NCBI GenBank assembly: GCA_035541215.1
Contig: DATKNV010000013.1
Span: 8,315 to 72,314, forward strand
Direction of reading: 5' to 3'
DNA from: Stellaceae bacterium
GTDB lineage: Bacteria > Pseudomonadota > Alphaproteobacteria > ATCC43930 > CGMCC-115725
Length of the DNA: 64,000 bases
The position numbers and the translations under genes are program-made. The notes beneath the pieces were generated by a model that was given only the letters and a program-made list of their open reading frames with translations, did no database searches and was not told the origin of the DNA. This document shows, piece after piece, positions 1 through 9,124 of the stretch (the first letter of the stretch is position 1; every line of letters starts with the position of its first letter).

Positions 1-122
1 CGGCCACCTATCCGTGTTAGGTTGATGCTTCAAGCCGCGCAATGTCGTCGCGGCGTCCGCACGACCCTCAGGAGCCCGGCTACGGAGCCGAATCGGGCTC
101 CGCCGGGCGCGGGAGAATAGGA

Positions 123-1301
123 ATGATTTGCGATCTTCCCTCTTTGCTTCAGCCGGCCGGCGAAGAGAAGTTCCTCGAGCATTTCATCGAGAAAAAAAGG
201 CTGCACGTCCGGGCGAGCGATCCGCAGCGGGCGGCGAGCCTCCTGCCCTGGACGACGGTCAACCACCTCATCGAATGCGACGTGCTTCCGCCCGACCGCA
301 TGCGAGTAATACGGGCGAACATTGATGTCGCGACCCTGATGTATCGCCGGCGCGACGAGCACAGGCATCTTCGCGCGGGCGCGCTGCAGCAGCTCCTTGC
401 GCAGGGAGCCAGCGTGATTATCAACGACGTCAGCGATCTCGTGCCGGAGATCGGGCGATTGAGCGACAACATCGAGCGCCGGCTCGCGCATCGCGTCGGC
501 GTCAACGCCTATCTCAGCTTCGGCCGCGGCAGCGCCTTCAAGGCGCATTTCGACTACCATGACGTGATCGTCCTGCAAATTCACGGCCGCAAGCGCTGGC
601 GGAGCCTCGGGACGCCCTTCCCCTTCCCCGTCGAGCAGCCCGGCGGGGAGCCGAGCAAGGAAGCGCCGACCGAAACCGTCTGGGAGGACGTGCTCGAGCC
701 CGGCGACGTTCTCTACCTGCCGCGCGGCGAAGTTCACGAGGCGGCCGTCGAGGGACCTCGTTCGGTGCACCTCACGATCGGCGTTCATGTTCGGCACGGG
801 ATCCACTTTCTCGAGTGGCTCGGCAAGCGGGCCGCGCTCGACCCGCAGCTTCGCATGGACCTCACGCGAGTGGCCGGCGAGGAAGCCCTGCGACGTCACG
901 AGGCGCTGCTGAAGCAGCGGCTCCATGCGCTCATCGATGGATCGAGCGTCGAGCAGTTTCTCGATGCCGAGGACATCGAGCGGCGCCCGCGCGTGTTGCT
1001 CAATATCGGCCTCGATGACCTCCCGGACGACGATACGCTCATTCTGCCGGCTCCGCGGCGCCACCTCTCGCATTCGGCCGATGGCGACCCGGAGCGGCCG
1101 ATCACCATCGGCGACGAACGGTACTCGCTTTCCACGCCTGCACGGCAGGCTTTGAGCCTGCTGCTTGCCAATAACGGCCTGACGTTCAACGAGCTTAGGG
1201 GCGCACTGGCCGCCCAAATGAATCTCGACCTCCTCCGCGAGGCCGTTCGCGAACTCGCGAGGAACGGGCTTGTCGGGCTCAATTCGGTCAAATCGCTTTG
1301 A
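123..1301 (+). CDS. JmjC/cupin-4 family Fe(II)/2-oxoglutarate oxygenase-like protein
   Basis: ORF 42..1301. HxD...H pattern (AHFDYHD ... VHLTIG) and the GDVLYLPRGEVH strand are typical of cupin-4/JmjC ribosomal-oxygenase-like proteins. ATG at 123 is preceded by GGGAGA; the upstream ATG at 42 is possible, so the start is uncertain. Confidence 0.7.
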   Translation: MICDLPSLLQPAGEEKFLEHFIEKKRLHVRASDPQRAASLLPWTTVNHLIECDVLPPDRMRVIRANIDVATLMYRRRDEHRHLRAGALQQLLAQGASVIINDVSDLVPEIGRLSDNIERRLAHRVGVNAYLSFGRGSAFKAHFDYHDVIVLQIHGRKRWRSLGTPFPFPVEQPGGEPSKEAPTETVWEDVLEPGDVLYLPRGEVHEAAVEGPRSVHLTIGVHVRHGIHFLEWLGKRAALDPQLRMDLTRVAGEEALRRHEALLKQRLHALIDGSSVEQFLDAEDIERRPRVLLNIGLDDLPDDDTLILPAPRRHLSHSADGDPERPITIGDERYSLSTPARQALSLLLANNGLTFNELRGALAAQMNLDLLREAVRELARNGLVGLNSVKSL

Positions 1302-1409
1302 CGCTCTCGCGGCGGACCGAGAGCTTTCCTGCCGGAGAAAACGGCAGAGCAAATCGGCTTCCTCTCGACGGACCTTGTCGCCGCAGCGGGGTGCGGCACT
1401 CGCAGCCGT

Positions 1410-2186
1410 TTATCGAGGCTCGCTCAACAGCGTCGAATTTCTCTTGCGCGGGTTACGACGAGACGCCAGAGCGAGACACGCAAGCGCCGCGCCCATCAGG
1501 ATAAAAGACGATGGCTCCGGCACCGTTAGAATCAGCTGGGTGTTTCCATCACCGGGAGTGGGAATAGGTACATAATCGGGAGGCACGGCCGGCGTTCCGG
1601 AATAGGCAAAGACATAGCGCTCATAGCCGCTGGTATCGGGCACACCGGGCAAGCTGCCGCCAAACGCGATCAGCCCACCGACCGCCGCATTCAAGTCCGC
1701 GATTCCGGTGCTGTTCAAGATGATATCGATGAACGAGCCGTCATTCGCGGCCGTCACCGTAAAACTGCCGACAACCGGGCCGGACGCGAGTCCGTCATAG
1801 GCATTCGGCACTGTGCCGCCGCCGTTCAGCGTCGTGACGGCGCTGCCATAGCCATAAACGTAGATCTGCAGGAGCTCGCTATCCGAACCGGGCAACGTCG
1901 CGAAGCCGGAGGCTGGCTCCCAAAGATGTAGCGTAGCGCTCGTTATGGTTCCGCTGACCCCCGAGAGGTCAAAACTAAAGAAATCGTGGTGCCCAGTTGT
2001 GGTTCCGCCATCTGGCCTCACGTTGGTCCCGACGATCTGGCCCGTAATGTAATTATCGTTCGTTGGATCGTAGAAATTGTCGTCCTCGTAATAACCGCGC
2101 TGAATGGTGTCGAGGACCATCGCACCGGCCGAAGGCGCCGAGACCACAGCAAAAAACGCAGCGCATAAAATCGTCCGCCAACGCAT
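1410..2186 (-). CDS. PEP-CTERM sorting-domain secreted protein
   Basis: C-terminus VPEPSSFILMGAALACLALASRRNPRKR (PEP motif, TM helix, basic tail) is a PEP-CTERM signal. A hydrophobic signal-like N-terminus follows the ATG at 2186; the alternative ATG is at 2213. Confidence 0.8.
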   Translation of the reverse strand: MRWRTILCAAFFAVVSAPSAGAMVLDTIQRGYYEDDNFYDPTNDNYITGQIVGTNVRPDGGTTTGHHDFFSFDLSGVSGTITSATLHLWEPASGFATLPGSDSELLQIYVYGYGSAVTTLNGGGTVPNAYDGLASGPVVGSFTVTAANDGSFIDIILNSTGIADLNAAVGGLIAFGGSLPGVPDTSGYERYVFAYSGTPAVPPDYVPIPTPGDGNTQLILTVPEPSSFILMGAALACLALASRRNPRKRNSTLLSEPR

Positions 2187-2319
2187 TACTTCGTCCCCAA
2201 TAAGACGGTGCAATGTTTAAATATTTTTGCATAATTCCCACCGCGATTCATGCACCATTCGTGGAGTTCTTCTGTTCCCCAGGCGTTGTCCGGAATAGGG
2301 ACCGCGATATATAAGATGG

Positions 2320-2331
2320 GTTTAGACGATT
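2320..2331 (+). repeat. 12-bp direct repeat GTTTAGACGATT, copy 1
   Basis: Exact 12-mer read in an AT-rich intergenic stretch. It recurs at 2508..2519. Confidence 0.3.
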
Positions 2332-2507
2332 AATCATTAACGGCGCTCTGCCAGAGAGCACGCTTGAATTCGTGTGGAAAACCGGACCTTTCTTCCATCT
2401 CCTTGCGTTTCTCTTCACCGAATTTGGGAACCCTGCCGCCGATGATCGGCACCGACATTCCCTGTTACGTCCGACGCACAATCTCGAGCCCCGGACGTTG
2501 GGAGCGA

Positions 2508-2519
2508 GTTTAGACGATT
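2508..2519 (+). repeat. 12-bp direct repeat GTTTAGACGATT, copy 2
   Basis: Exact copy of 2320..2331. It abuts a possible -35 (TTGCTG 2518..2523) and -10 (TATGCT 2542..2547) upstream of the candidate precursor ORF. Confidence 0.3.
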
Positions 2520-2606
2520 GCTGCGCATCTCCCCGCGCCGTTATGCTATTTTTACTGTGTGCGTGGCAGGTTTTCGCTGGGGATTCCCTCATGGAGATGC
2601 TCACCG

Positions 2607-2792
2607 ATGCAGTCCGGTAATTCGACCGAGAATCGTCGGGGAACGACGCCGGTTGACGATGTGTCGCGGCCGCCCGCGCGCAAGCCGTGGCATGCGCCCG
2701 TACTCAAAGAGCTCGACATCGCCCTGACCGCCGATGATCGAGGGCACCAACCTCACGACGGCAAAGCGGGCAACGACAAAGATCACTCCTGA
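2607..2792 (+). CDS. candidate RiPP precursor peptide (61 aa; alternative GTG start at 2661 gives 43 aa)
   Basis: In-frame ATG at 2607 with GGAG 10 nt upstream. The peptide contains WHAPVLKELDIALTA, resembling the lasso-leader YxxPxL...Tx recognition motif, followed by the hydrophilic tail DDRGHQPHDGKAGNDKDHS ending in Ser. It is convergent with the HprK-like kinase gene. GC3 is only moderate by hand count. Confidence 0.35.
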   Translation: MQSGNSTENRRGTTPVDDVSRPPARKPWHAPVLKELDIALTADDRGHQPHDGKAGNDKDHS

Positions 2793-2840
2793 GTCCCGTG
2801 ACCGGCCGGCCATGGGCTGTGTGCCGTTGCGGATCGGTCC

Positions 2841-3746
2841 TCAAGTGCGCACGACATCGGACTCGACGAGCGCGGCCAGCTCGTCGACCCGCGTCACGCC
2901 GGAGCGGCGGAACAGACGGCGGACCTCGAGGCCCGACAGAGCTTCCCCGAGCTTTCTGAACAGGGCGGGCTTGCTGTAGAGAATTCGAGCGATCTCGGAG
3001 CGGTATATTTCGGCGCCCAGGCGCTCGAAAACCTCGATCCCGCGGACGTCCGCGATTCTCTCGGGGGTCGCGCGCGGCGCGTCCTCCATCAGGTAGACGC
3101 GCCGCAGCCGAATGGGGGTCGCATCGAACGCGGCGGGTGCCGCGAGAAGATACTTGCCCTCGCCGAACCCGAGCCGAGGGAGCCCCTCCGATGCGATGCC
3201 AAGCGCCTTGAGACTGGCCGATCCGAGCTTCAGAGTGGGAAAGGTCGGCAGCGCCCTGGATTCGTCGTCCGCGCGAAGAACGGGACAGATGTCGTCGGTG
3301 ACGAGAGCGTGACCGCGCCGGATCAGAGCCGCGGCAAGCGTCGATTTACCCGCTCCGGCAGTGCCCGCAATGGCGATCGCATGGGAGCCGATCCGGACGG
3401 CGCTCGCGTGCAGCGGCAGCGTCCCCCGGAGATAGCAAAGAAGCCCGAGAATCGGGCCTAGCAGGAATACCCGCCATTCCGGCGCTTCCGCGGGCAGGCG
3501 AGAGTCCACGATGACGGTCTCGGCCGTGACCAGGAAGCGCGCGTGCGGCCGAGCGTCGTAAAGTATCGCGCCGCCGGGCATCGCTTCGATACGGCGCGGA
3601 GAAGCCGCATTCGTCGCGTCCGGCCCGACGACGGACCCTCGGCGGATTTCTATATCGGGCGCCCGGTCCGGCCCCTCCCAAGGCACGGCCTCGGGCAAAG
3701 GGAGATCGGAACGGACTCGCCAGGTGCAAAGCGTGCGATCAATCAT
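2841..3746 (-). CDS. HprK-related kinase (HPr kinase C-terminal-domain-like)
   Basis: P-loop GTAGAGKST followed by LVTDD, with overall HPr kinase/phosphorylase-like layout. ATG at 3746. This family is typically found next to PqqD-like and nucleotidyltransferase genes. Confidence 0.8.
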   Translation of the reverse strand: MIDRTLCTWRVRSDLPLPEAVPWEGPDRAPDIEIRRGSVVGPDATNAASPRRIEAMPGGAILYDARPHARFLVTAETVIVDSRLPAEAPEWRVFLLGPILGLLCYLRGTLPLHASAVRIGSHAIAIAGTAGAGKSTLAAALIRRGHALVTDDICPVLRADDESRALPTFPTLKLGSASLKALGIASEGLPRLGFGEGKYLLAAPAAFDATPIRLRRVYLMEDAPRATPERIADVRGIEVFERLGAEIYRSEIARILYSKPALFRKLGEALSGLEVRRLFRRSGVTRVDELAALVESDVVRT

Positions 3747-3773
3747 TGCACTGTGGCGCGGCCGCAGCCCCGA

Positions 3774-4217
3774 TCACGCCCTGAACGCCGCGATGGGTGT
3801 GAATTCGGCGGCGGTCTCGGTCCCGATCACGTCGATGTCGCCGCAGCGCAGCCAGGCGTGAGCGGCGAGCCCAACGGCGCCTTCCGGCCGCGCTCCGAGC
3901 TCGAGCACCGAAGGCAAGCCGAGGCGCCGCAGCATCATGCGGCCCGCAATCGCGCGCACCAGACAGCTCGACGTCCAGGGCAAGCGGTTGGCGGCCCGCA
4001 GGAGCGCACGGCCCACGCCGAGTGCCGCCTCACGCTCGGCAGGGCCCAGCGCGATTTCAGGCCGGTCGAGCTGCGACGCGGTTCGGCCGATCAAGGGAGC
4101 GATGGTCCGGAACGGCAGCAGCAGCATGGCGCGCGCGAGGCCGAGGGAAAGGACGGCCTCAAGGAGCGCTCTACGCTCCGCTGGCGTAAGGGCCGAGAAT
4201 TTCTTCAGCAGCGTCAT
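3774..4217 (-). CDS. lasso-peptide B2-type transglutaminase-like cysteine protease
   Basis: SSCL ... AHAWL ... GDIDV matches the Cys-His-Asp arrangement of McjB-C-terminal/B2 leader peptidases. ATG at 4217 is preferred over TTG at 4232. Confidence 0.8.
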   Translation of the reverse strand: MTLLKKFSALTPAERRALLEAVLSLGLARAMLLLPFRTIAPLIGRTASQLDRPEIALGPAEREAALGVGRALLRAANRLPWTSSCLVRAIAGRMMLRRLGLPSVLELGARPEGAVGLAAHAWLRCGDIDVIGTETAAEFTPIAAFRA

Positions 4218-4601
4218 GCCGACGACCTTCAACGATGATCCGCAGCAGCCGGGCCCGGCGAACGGAACATTGAACCCTTCCCATGGTTAACAATTTCCGC
4301 GGCGGCGCCGCCCCACGCATTTCTCTTGCGGCCCTTGAGCCCTCCCGGCGGGCGGGAGTAGGTGGAGCCGGACCGCAGCACTCTCGGCGCGTCGGGCTCG
4401 GAGCCGACCTTATCAGGCCGGCCCTGGGCGGTCGAGCAAGCCGCGCCGCACCCGGCCGGAAAGCAGCCAGACTCGGATCCTCTATAATTAATACGCCTCC
4501 GGCGCTCGCCGGCGCGAACGAACACAGATAGCGGACGATCGGCAGGCTGGGATCGAATTAGACTGGCGGCGTCTCGGCCCGCGAACGACACGGAGGCGCG
4601 C

Positions 4602-5696
4602 TTGTCGGAGGAAGGAATAGAGGCGCTCGTTCGAAAATTCCGATCCGCTGTGCGATCCAAGCCCGATTATCCCAAGCGCCTGCTCGAGCTCGCGGCGGTG
4701 GTGGCGCAGAAGCAAGGGCTGCTGCCGGCTTTCGAGCTCTGCGAGGAGGCTGTTGCAGAAAGCAACGGCGATCCCGAGATCGAAACGCGGGCGCGGCGAA
4801 TCGCCAGCAGACTCGTGGCTCCCTACCACGTGCGCATGATGAACGATGCCACGCGCAGCGCTGCCTGGGATCGCGCGATCAGGCGAGCGATCCGGCCGGG
4901 GGCGCACGTGCTGGAGATCGGAACCGGCGGAGGCATACTCGCGATGATGGCGGCGCGAGCGGGTGCCGGGCGGGTGACGACCTGCGAGCGCGATCCGATA
5001 TTGGCCCATCTCGCGCGAGAGATCGTAGCGCTGAATGGATACGCCGATCGCATCAGGGTCATTGCCAAGCGCTCGGAAGACCTCGCCGTCGGCGTCGATC
5101 TCGAGCGCCCGGCCGAGCTGGTATTCGGCGATATCTTCGGGACGGACCTCTTGAACTTCGAGCCTCTGCGGGCAATCGCCGATGCGCGCCGCCGCTTGCT
5201 TGTGCCCGAGGCAAGATCCGTGCCGTCGGCCGCCACGATAAGCCTGGCGCTCGCGCATTGGCGAGGATACCCGCAGGTGGCGCAGATCGGCCGCGCCGCC
5301 GGCTTCGATGTCACGCCGTTCCGGCGCGTCCTGCCGTCGGATTTCACCCTGGGGCTCGACGATCCCGATCTCACCCTGCGATCGGCCGCGGCCGTGGCTT
5401 TCCGCTTCGACTTCGGCGCGCTCGCGGCGCCCGAGGCCGGCCGCACCACGCTGCTCCTCGAGGCCGGCTCGGACGGAGACGTAAATGGCATTGTCCAGTG
5501 GATCAACCTGCAGCTCGACGACGATACCGCGCTAGAGACGCGGCCGGCGGAGGGCGCGCGATACTTCATGGGATGCCGCTTCTATCCGCTGCGAGCCCCG
5601 CTCGACCTGCGCGAGGGCGAGAAGCTCAGAATTGGGGCGGCACACGATGGAAGGCGGCCGATCGTTTGGCCATACGGGCGCGCGGACGACGTCTAA
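4602..5696 (+). CDS. class I SAM-dependent methyltransferase, protein arginine methyltransferase-like
   Basis: VLEIGTGGGILAMMAARAGAGRVTTCE SAM-binding motif plus the downstream PRMT-like layout (NGYADRIRVI..SEDL). TTG start at 4602 has GGAGG 6 nt upstream. Confidence 0.75.
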   Translation: MSEEGIEALVRKFRSAVRSKPDYPKRLLELAAVVAQKQGLLPAFELCEEAVAESNGDPEIETRARRIASRLVAPYHVRMMNDATRSAAWDRAIRRAIRPGAHVLEIGTGGGILAMMAARAGAGRVTTCERDPILAHLAREIVALNGYADRIRVIAKRSEDLAVGVDLERPAELVFGDIFGTDLLNFEPLRAIADARRRLLVPEARSVPSAATISLALAHWRGYPQVAQIGRAAGFDVTPFRRVLPSDFTLGLDDPDLTLRSAAAVAFRFDFGALAAPEAGRTTLLLEAGSDGDVNGIVQWINLQLDDDTALETRPAEGARYFMGCRFYPLRAPLDLREGEKLRIGAAHDGRRPIVWPYGRADDV

Positions 5697-5980
5697 TGTG
5701 TCGCGGATACCAGCCCCGCCGCGACGAGCCTTTCCAGCAGCGCCAGCACATCGCGCTCGATGATCGCCCGGTCGGCGTCGTATCTAGCGGCCAGCGCGTC
5801 GCAGAGCGCGTCGACGCGTATGGGGCTGCCGAGGCGCTCCCAGATGTCGCTGCCGATATCGTCGAGACCGAAATAGCTTCCGCGCTCGACGCTGAGGATA
5901 ATGACCTCGTCATCGACCGTTGCTGCGATCTGATCCTCGCTGCGCCGCACCATCGAATTGGGGGAAAGAGTCGCGGTCAT
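5693..5980 (-). CDS. PqqD-family protein (RiPP recognition element / lasso B1-like)
   Basis: 95-aa product with VDDEVIILS..GSYFGLDDIGSDIWERL ... ERDVLALLERLVAAGLV, a typical PqqD/RRE fold signature. ATG at 5980. The 3' end overlaps the methyltransferase stop by 4 nt. Confidence 0.85.
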   Translation of the reverse strand: MTATLSPNSMVRRSEDQIAATVDDEVIILSVERGSYFGLDDIGSDIWERLGSPIRVDALCDALAARYDADRAIIERDVLALLERLVAAGLVSATH

Positions 5981-6061
5981 GTGGCCTGATTGGTACCCAT
6001 CTCGCCTTGCCGGCAGTGTTCGAAGCCCTGCGAATTTAGCCCACGCGCTCGTTAAGCAACA

Positions 6062-7276
6062 ATGAAAGGATTCGAGGGCGTTCCCCCTCTCTTCGACCCG
6101 GAGCTGCGGTTCCTGCTGGCTTGCCTGCGGCGGCAATTGGCTGGCGCCGAACCCCAAGACGCGCCGTTGGTGGCGGAGCCGATCGACTGGGAGCGGTTTG
6201 CCAAATGGGTCGAACGGCACGGTGTGGCACCCCTCACTTTTGCGGCACTCCGGCAGGCGGGCGAATCGATGATTCCGTCGGCAGCGAGCGCCCGCCTGCG
6301 AGACGCGGCTGCGCGCAATACGCGCCTCGTTTTGCTGCAGATCGCAGAGGCGCGGCGGCTCGTCGATATCCTCGCGCGCGCGGGAATCCGCTCGATGGTC
6401 GTCAAGGGGCCGGTGCTGGCGATGTTGGCCTTCGGGGATCCCGCCCGACGCGTGAGCCGTGACATCGACCTCCTGGTCGATCCCGAGCGGGTGGTCGAGG
6501 CGGATCGGCTGGTCGCCGGCGCGGGCTACAGGCGCGTCGATCCGAATTTCGAGCTCACCCCGCGCCAATTCGATCGCTATCGCCGCGTGCGCTGCCAATT
6601 CGGGTATCGGGCCGCGCGCGACGATCTGCGCGTGGAGCTGCACTGGCGCCTCACCTCGAACCCGCTGCTATTGGCCTTCGACGAGGCGGACCTCTGGAGG
6701 AGACTCTCGCCGATCTGCGTCGCCGGCACCGAATTCGCGACGCTTCCGGAGAAGGAGTTGCTCCTCTACCTCTGCGTCCACGGCAGCGCCCACGTCTGGT
6801 TTCGCCTGAAATGGCTTGCGGATATCGCCGCGCTGTTGCGACAGATGAAGGCGGACAAGCTCGAAAGCATTGCCGCACTCAGCCGGGCGCTCGACGTCGA
6901 GCGTCCGTTTCATCAGGCGCTGATCCTCGCGCACCGGCTGTTGGGGGCCGCCCTCCCCGCGCCCATTCTTTCCGCGGCGGAGACGGATCGGGCCGCACAG
7001 CGAATGGTTGCAGCCGCGCTGAAAGCGATCGCCTGGCACGGCTCGCCCGAAGAGCCGGCATCGACGCGCTGGTTCAATGCCTGGATTAGTTGGCAGGCCT
7101 ATCGGCTGAAGCCGGGGTGGCGCTATCGCTGGGCCGAATTCAAGGACCAGGCCGCCGCGCCGGAGGATTGGGCGCGCATTCCCCTGCCGGAGTCCCTTGC
7201 CTTCCTCTATTTCCCGCTGCGCCCGCTGTCGTGGCTCGCGCGAAAGCTGGCGCCCGGGCTCCTCCGCGACCGCTGA
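6062..7276 (+). CDS. nucleotidyltransferase family protein (NTP_transf_5-like)
   Basis: VVKGPVLA...RVSRDIDLLVDPE motif and ~400 aa size match the uncharacterised nucleotidyltransferase family that co-occurs with HprK-like kinase and PqqD genes. Confidence 0.75.
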   Translation: MKGFEGVPPLFDPELRFLLACLRRQLAGAEPQDAPLVAEPIDWERFAKWVERHGVAPLTFAALRQAGESMIPSAASARLRDAAARNTRLVLLQIAEARRLVDILARAGIRSMVVKGPVLAMLAFGDPARRVSRDIDLLVDPERVVEADRLVAGAGYRRVDPNFELTPRQFDRYRRVRCQFGYRAARDDLRVELHWRLTSNPLLLAFDEADLWRRLSPICVAGTEFATLPEKELLLYLCVHGSAHVWFRLKWLADIAALLRQMKADKLESIAALSRALDVERPFHQALILAHRLLGAALPAPILSAAETDRAAQRMVAAALKAIAWHGSPEEPASTRWFNAWISWQAYRLKPGWRYRWAEFKDQAAAPEDWARIPLPESLAFLYFPLRPLSWLARKLAPGLLRDR

Positions 7277-9124
7277 TCAGGGCAAGGCGTCGCTCGCCTC
7301 CAGGAGCGCCCTGAAGCGCCCCTCCCTATCGCGGTTGAGCTCGTCCCAGGTTCCGAATTGCAGAAGCGCTCCCGCCTCGAGCACGAATATGCAATCGGCC
7401 CGGCGAATGGTGGACAAGCGGTGCGCGATGATCACGATCGTCCGCGAGCCGTGGAGCCGGTCGATCGCGCCTTGGACCGCGCGCTCGGTCTCGCTGTCGA
7501 GCGCGCTCGTGGCCTCGTCGAGGACCAGAAGCGTAGGGCGATGCAGGAGCGCGCGCGCGAGGGCTAAGCGCTGGCGCTCGCCGCCGGAGAGCCGAATGCC
7601 GCGCTCGCCGATCGGGGTGTCGAGGCCCCGGGGCAGCGCGGCCACGAACCCGTCGGCCGATGCCGCCGCGAGCGCCTCCGCCATCTCGCTCTCGCTCGCG
7701 TCGGGAGCGGCCCAGAGCAGGTTTTGCCGCACGGTGTCGTTGAAGAGAAAGCCGTCCTGCGGCACGTAGCCTACGCTTCGCCGCCAACGCGCGAGCATGT
7801 CGCCGTCGAGGGGCGCGCCGTCGAGGAGGATTCTTCCCTCGCTCGGCTTGACCAATCCGAGCAGCAGGTCGGCGAGCGTGCTCTTGCCGGCGCCCGTGCG
7901 TCCGACGATCGCCACCGTGGTGCCCGCACGGATCTCGAGGTCGAGGTTGCGAAGCGCGGATGAGCCACCGGCATCGCCGTAGCGAAACCCGACGCCCGAC
8001 AGCTTGATCCCCTGCCGAAGCTCGAGGCTCTCCCCCTTCCCGGAGGATGGCTCCGCCGCCGCGAGGCAACGCTCCTGCAGCCGCGCGAGAGAGTCGAAGA
8101 CGGGCAGCATCTGCGCCACCGCCTGCCAGCCGCTCTGGAGCTCCAGGGCAAGGGGCGTTAGCCGCGAGAAGATCACCACCATGACCAGCACGCTCGCCGT
8201 AGAGAGCGTCGCAAGATCCGCCGCGATGTAGACGAAGGCGCCGAGCGTCAGTGCCGCGACGATCTGGACCGCCAGTCGCGCCGCGATCGAGCTCCGGCTC
8301 AGGCTCGCGGTCTCGGCACTTTGACGCGCTACTGCCGCATCGAAGGCCGCGATGTGCCGGGCCTCGGCAGCGTGGCTCTTGGCAAGCTTGAGGGCGTGGA
8401 GAAAGTCGCTGATCTCCGCAAACGCCGCCTGACGGGCGGTCACGAGCCGCTCGCCCCGCCTGTAGCCGCTTCCGAAGCACCGCTGAAATACTGGGATGAG
8501 GAAAGCGCCCCAGCAGAGCACGGCGAGTGTGAGGAGCGGTGAGAGGACGAACGCGACGGCCAATTGGGCTGCGCCCAGCAGTGTCACGGCTGGGATTCGA
8601 AGAAAGAAATAGGTGCCCCGGTCGATCTGTCCGATTTGGGCGGTGACGGCCTCCAGCAACTCCGAGAAGCGCTGGCGCATCAGAAACGGCCAGCTCGCGC
8701 CGGCGATCCCCCGATAAATCTCGCTGCGCCGCCGGTCGACGAAGTCGAGCTCGAGCTGCGCGAGCACGCGGTCGCGCCAGGCGAGGAGCGCCGCGCGAAG
8801 CACGACGAGCCCGATGAATGCGGCGAGCAGCGCCGGGAGTGAGAGCGGCAATCCCGCCGCGGCGAAGGCCGCGCCTACCGCACCGGCGATGCGCCCGCTG
8901 TCGGCTGCGACATCGCCCAACAAGGCCACCAGCGGCACCAGCAGCGTAAGGCCGATACCCTCCGTGGCCGCCGAGATCAGGACCAGGAGCCCTGCCCCCG
9001 CGAGCCTCGGCATGCCTATCGCATCGACGAAGGCACGGGCGAATTCGCCGAGGCGCGCAAGGACGAAACCCACTCCCCGCGCCGACTCCGATCGCGGCGA
9101 TTCACGCTCGAATGCAGGCTTCAT
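7277..9124 (-). CDS. ABC transporter, fused permease/ATPase (exporter type)
   Basis: Walker A GRTGAGKST, signature LSGGERQR and Walker B LLVLDEATS follow an N-terminal six-helix-like hydrophobic domain. ATG at 9124; the longer ORF start at 9247 was rejected. Confidence 0.85.
   Translation of the reverse strand: MKPAFERESPRSESARGVGFVLARLGEFARAFVDAIGMPRLAGAGLLVLISAATEGIGLTLLVPLVALLGDVAADSGRIAGAVGAAFAAAGLPLSLPALLAAFIGLVVLRAALLAWRDRVLAQLELDFVDRRRSEIYRGIAGASWPFLMRQRFSELLEAVTAQIGQIDRGTYFFLRIPAVTLLGAAQLAVAFVLSPLLTLAVLCWGAFLIPVFQRCFGSGYRRGERLVTARQAAFAEISDFLHALKLAKSHAAEARHIAAFDAAVARQSAETASLSRSSIAARLAVQIVAALTLGAFVYIAADLATLSTASVLVMVVIFSRLTPLALELQSGWQAVAQMLPVFDSLARLQERCLAAAEPSSGKGESLELRQGIKLSGVGFRYGDAGGSSALRNLDLEIRAGTTVAIVGRTGAGKSTLADLLLGLVKPSEGRILLDGAPLDGDMLARWRRSVGYVPQDGFLFNDTVRQNLLWAAPDASESEMAEALAAASADGFVAALPRGLDTPIGERGIRLSGGERQRLALARALLHRPTLLVLDEATSALDSETERAVQGAIDRLHGSRTIVIIAHRLSTIRRADCIFVLEAGALLQFGTWDELNRDREGRFRALLEASDALP

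Noticed and set aside
1329-1347. CTGCCG-N7-CGGCAG hairpin between the convergent cupin and PEP-CTERM genes as a terminator
   Set aside because: Only a 6-bp stem, with no U-tract on either strand.
4484-4489. Perfect TATAAT in the divergent region between the B2 protease and the methyltransferase genes
   Set aside because: No convincing -35 partner, and the position relative to both starts is ambiguous. Noted, but not called as a promoter.
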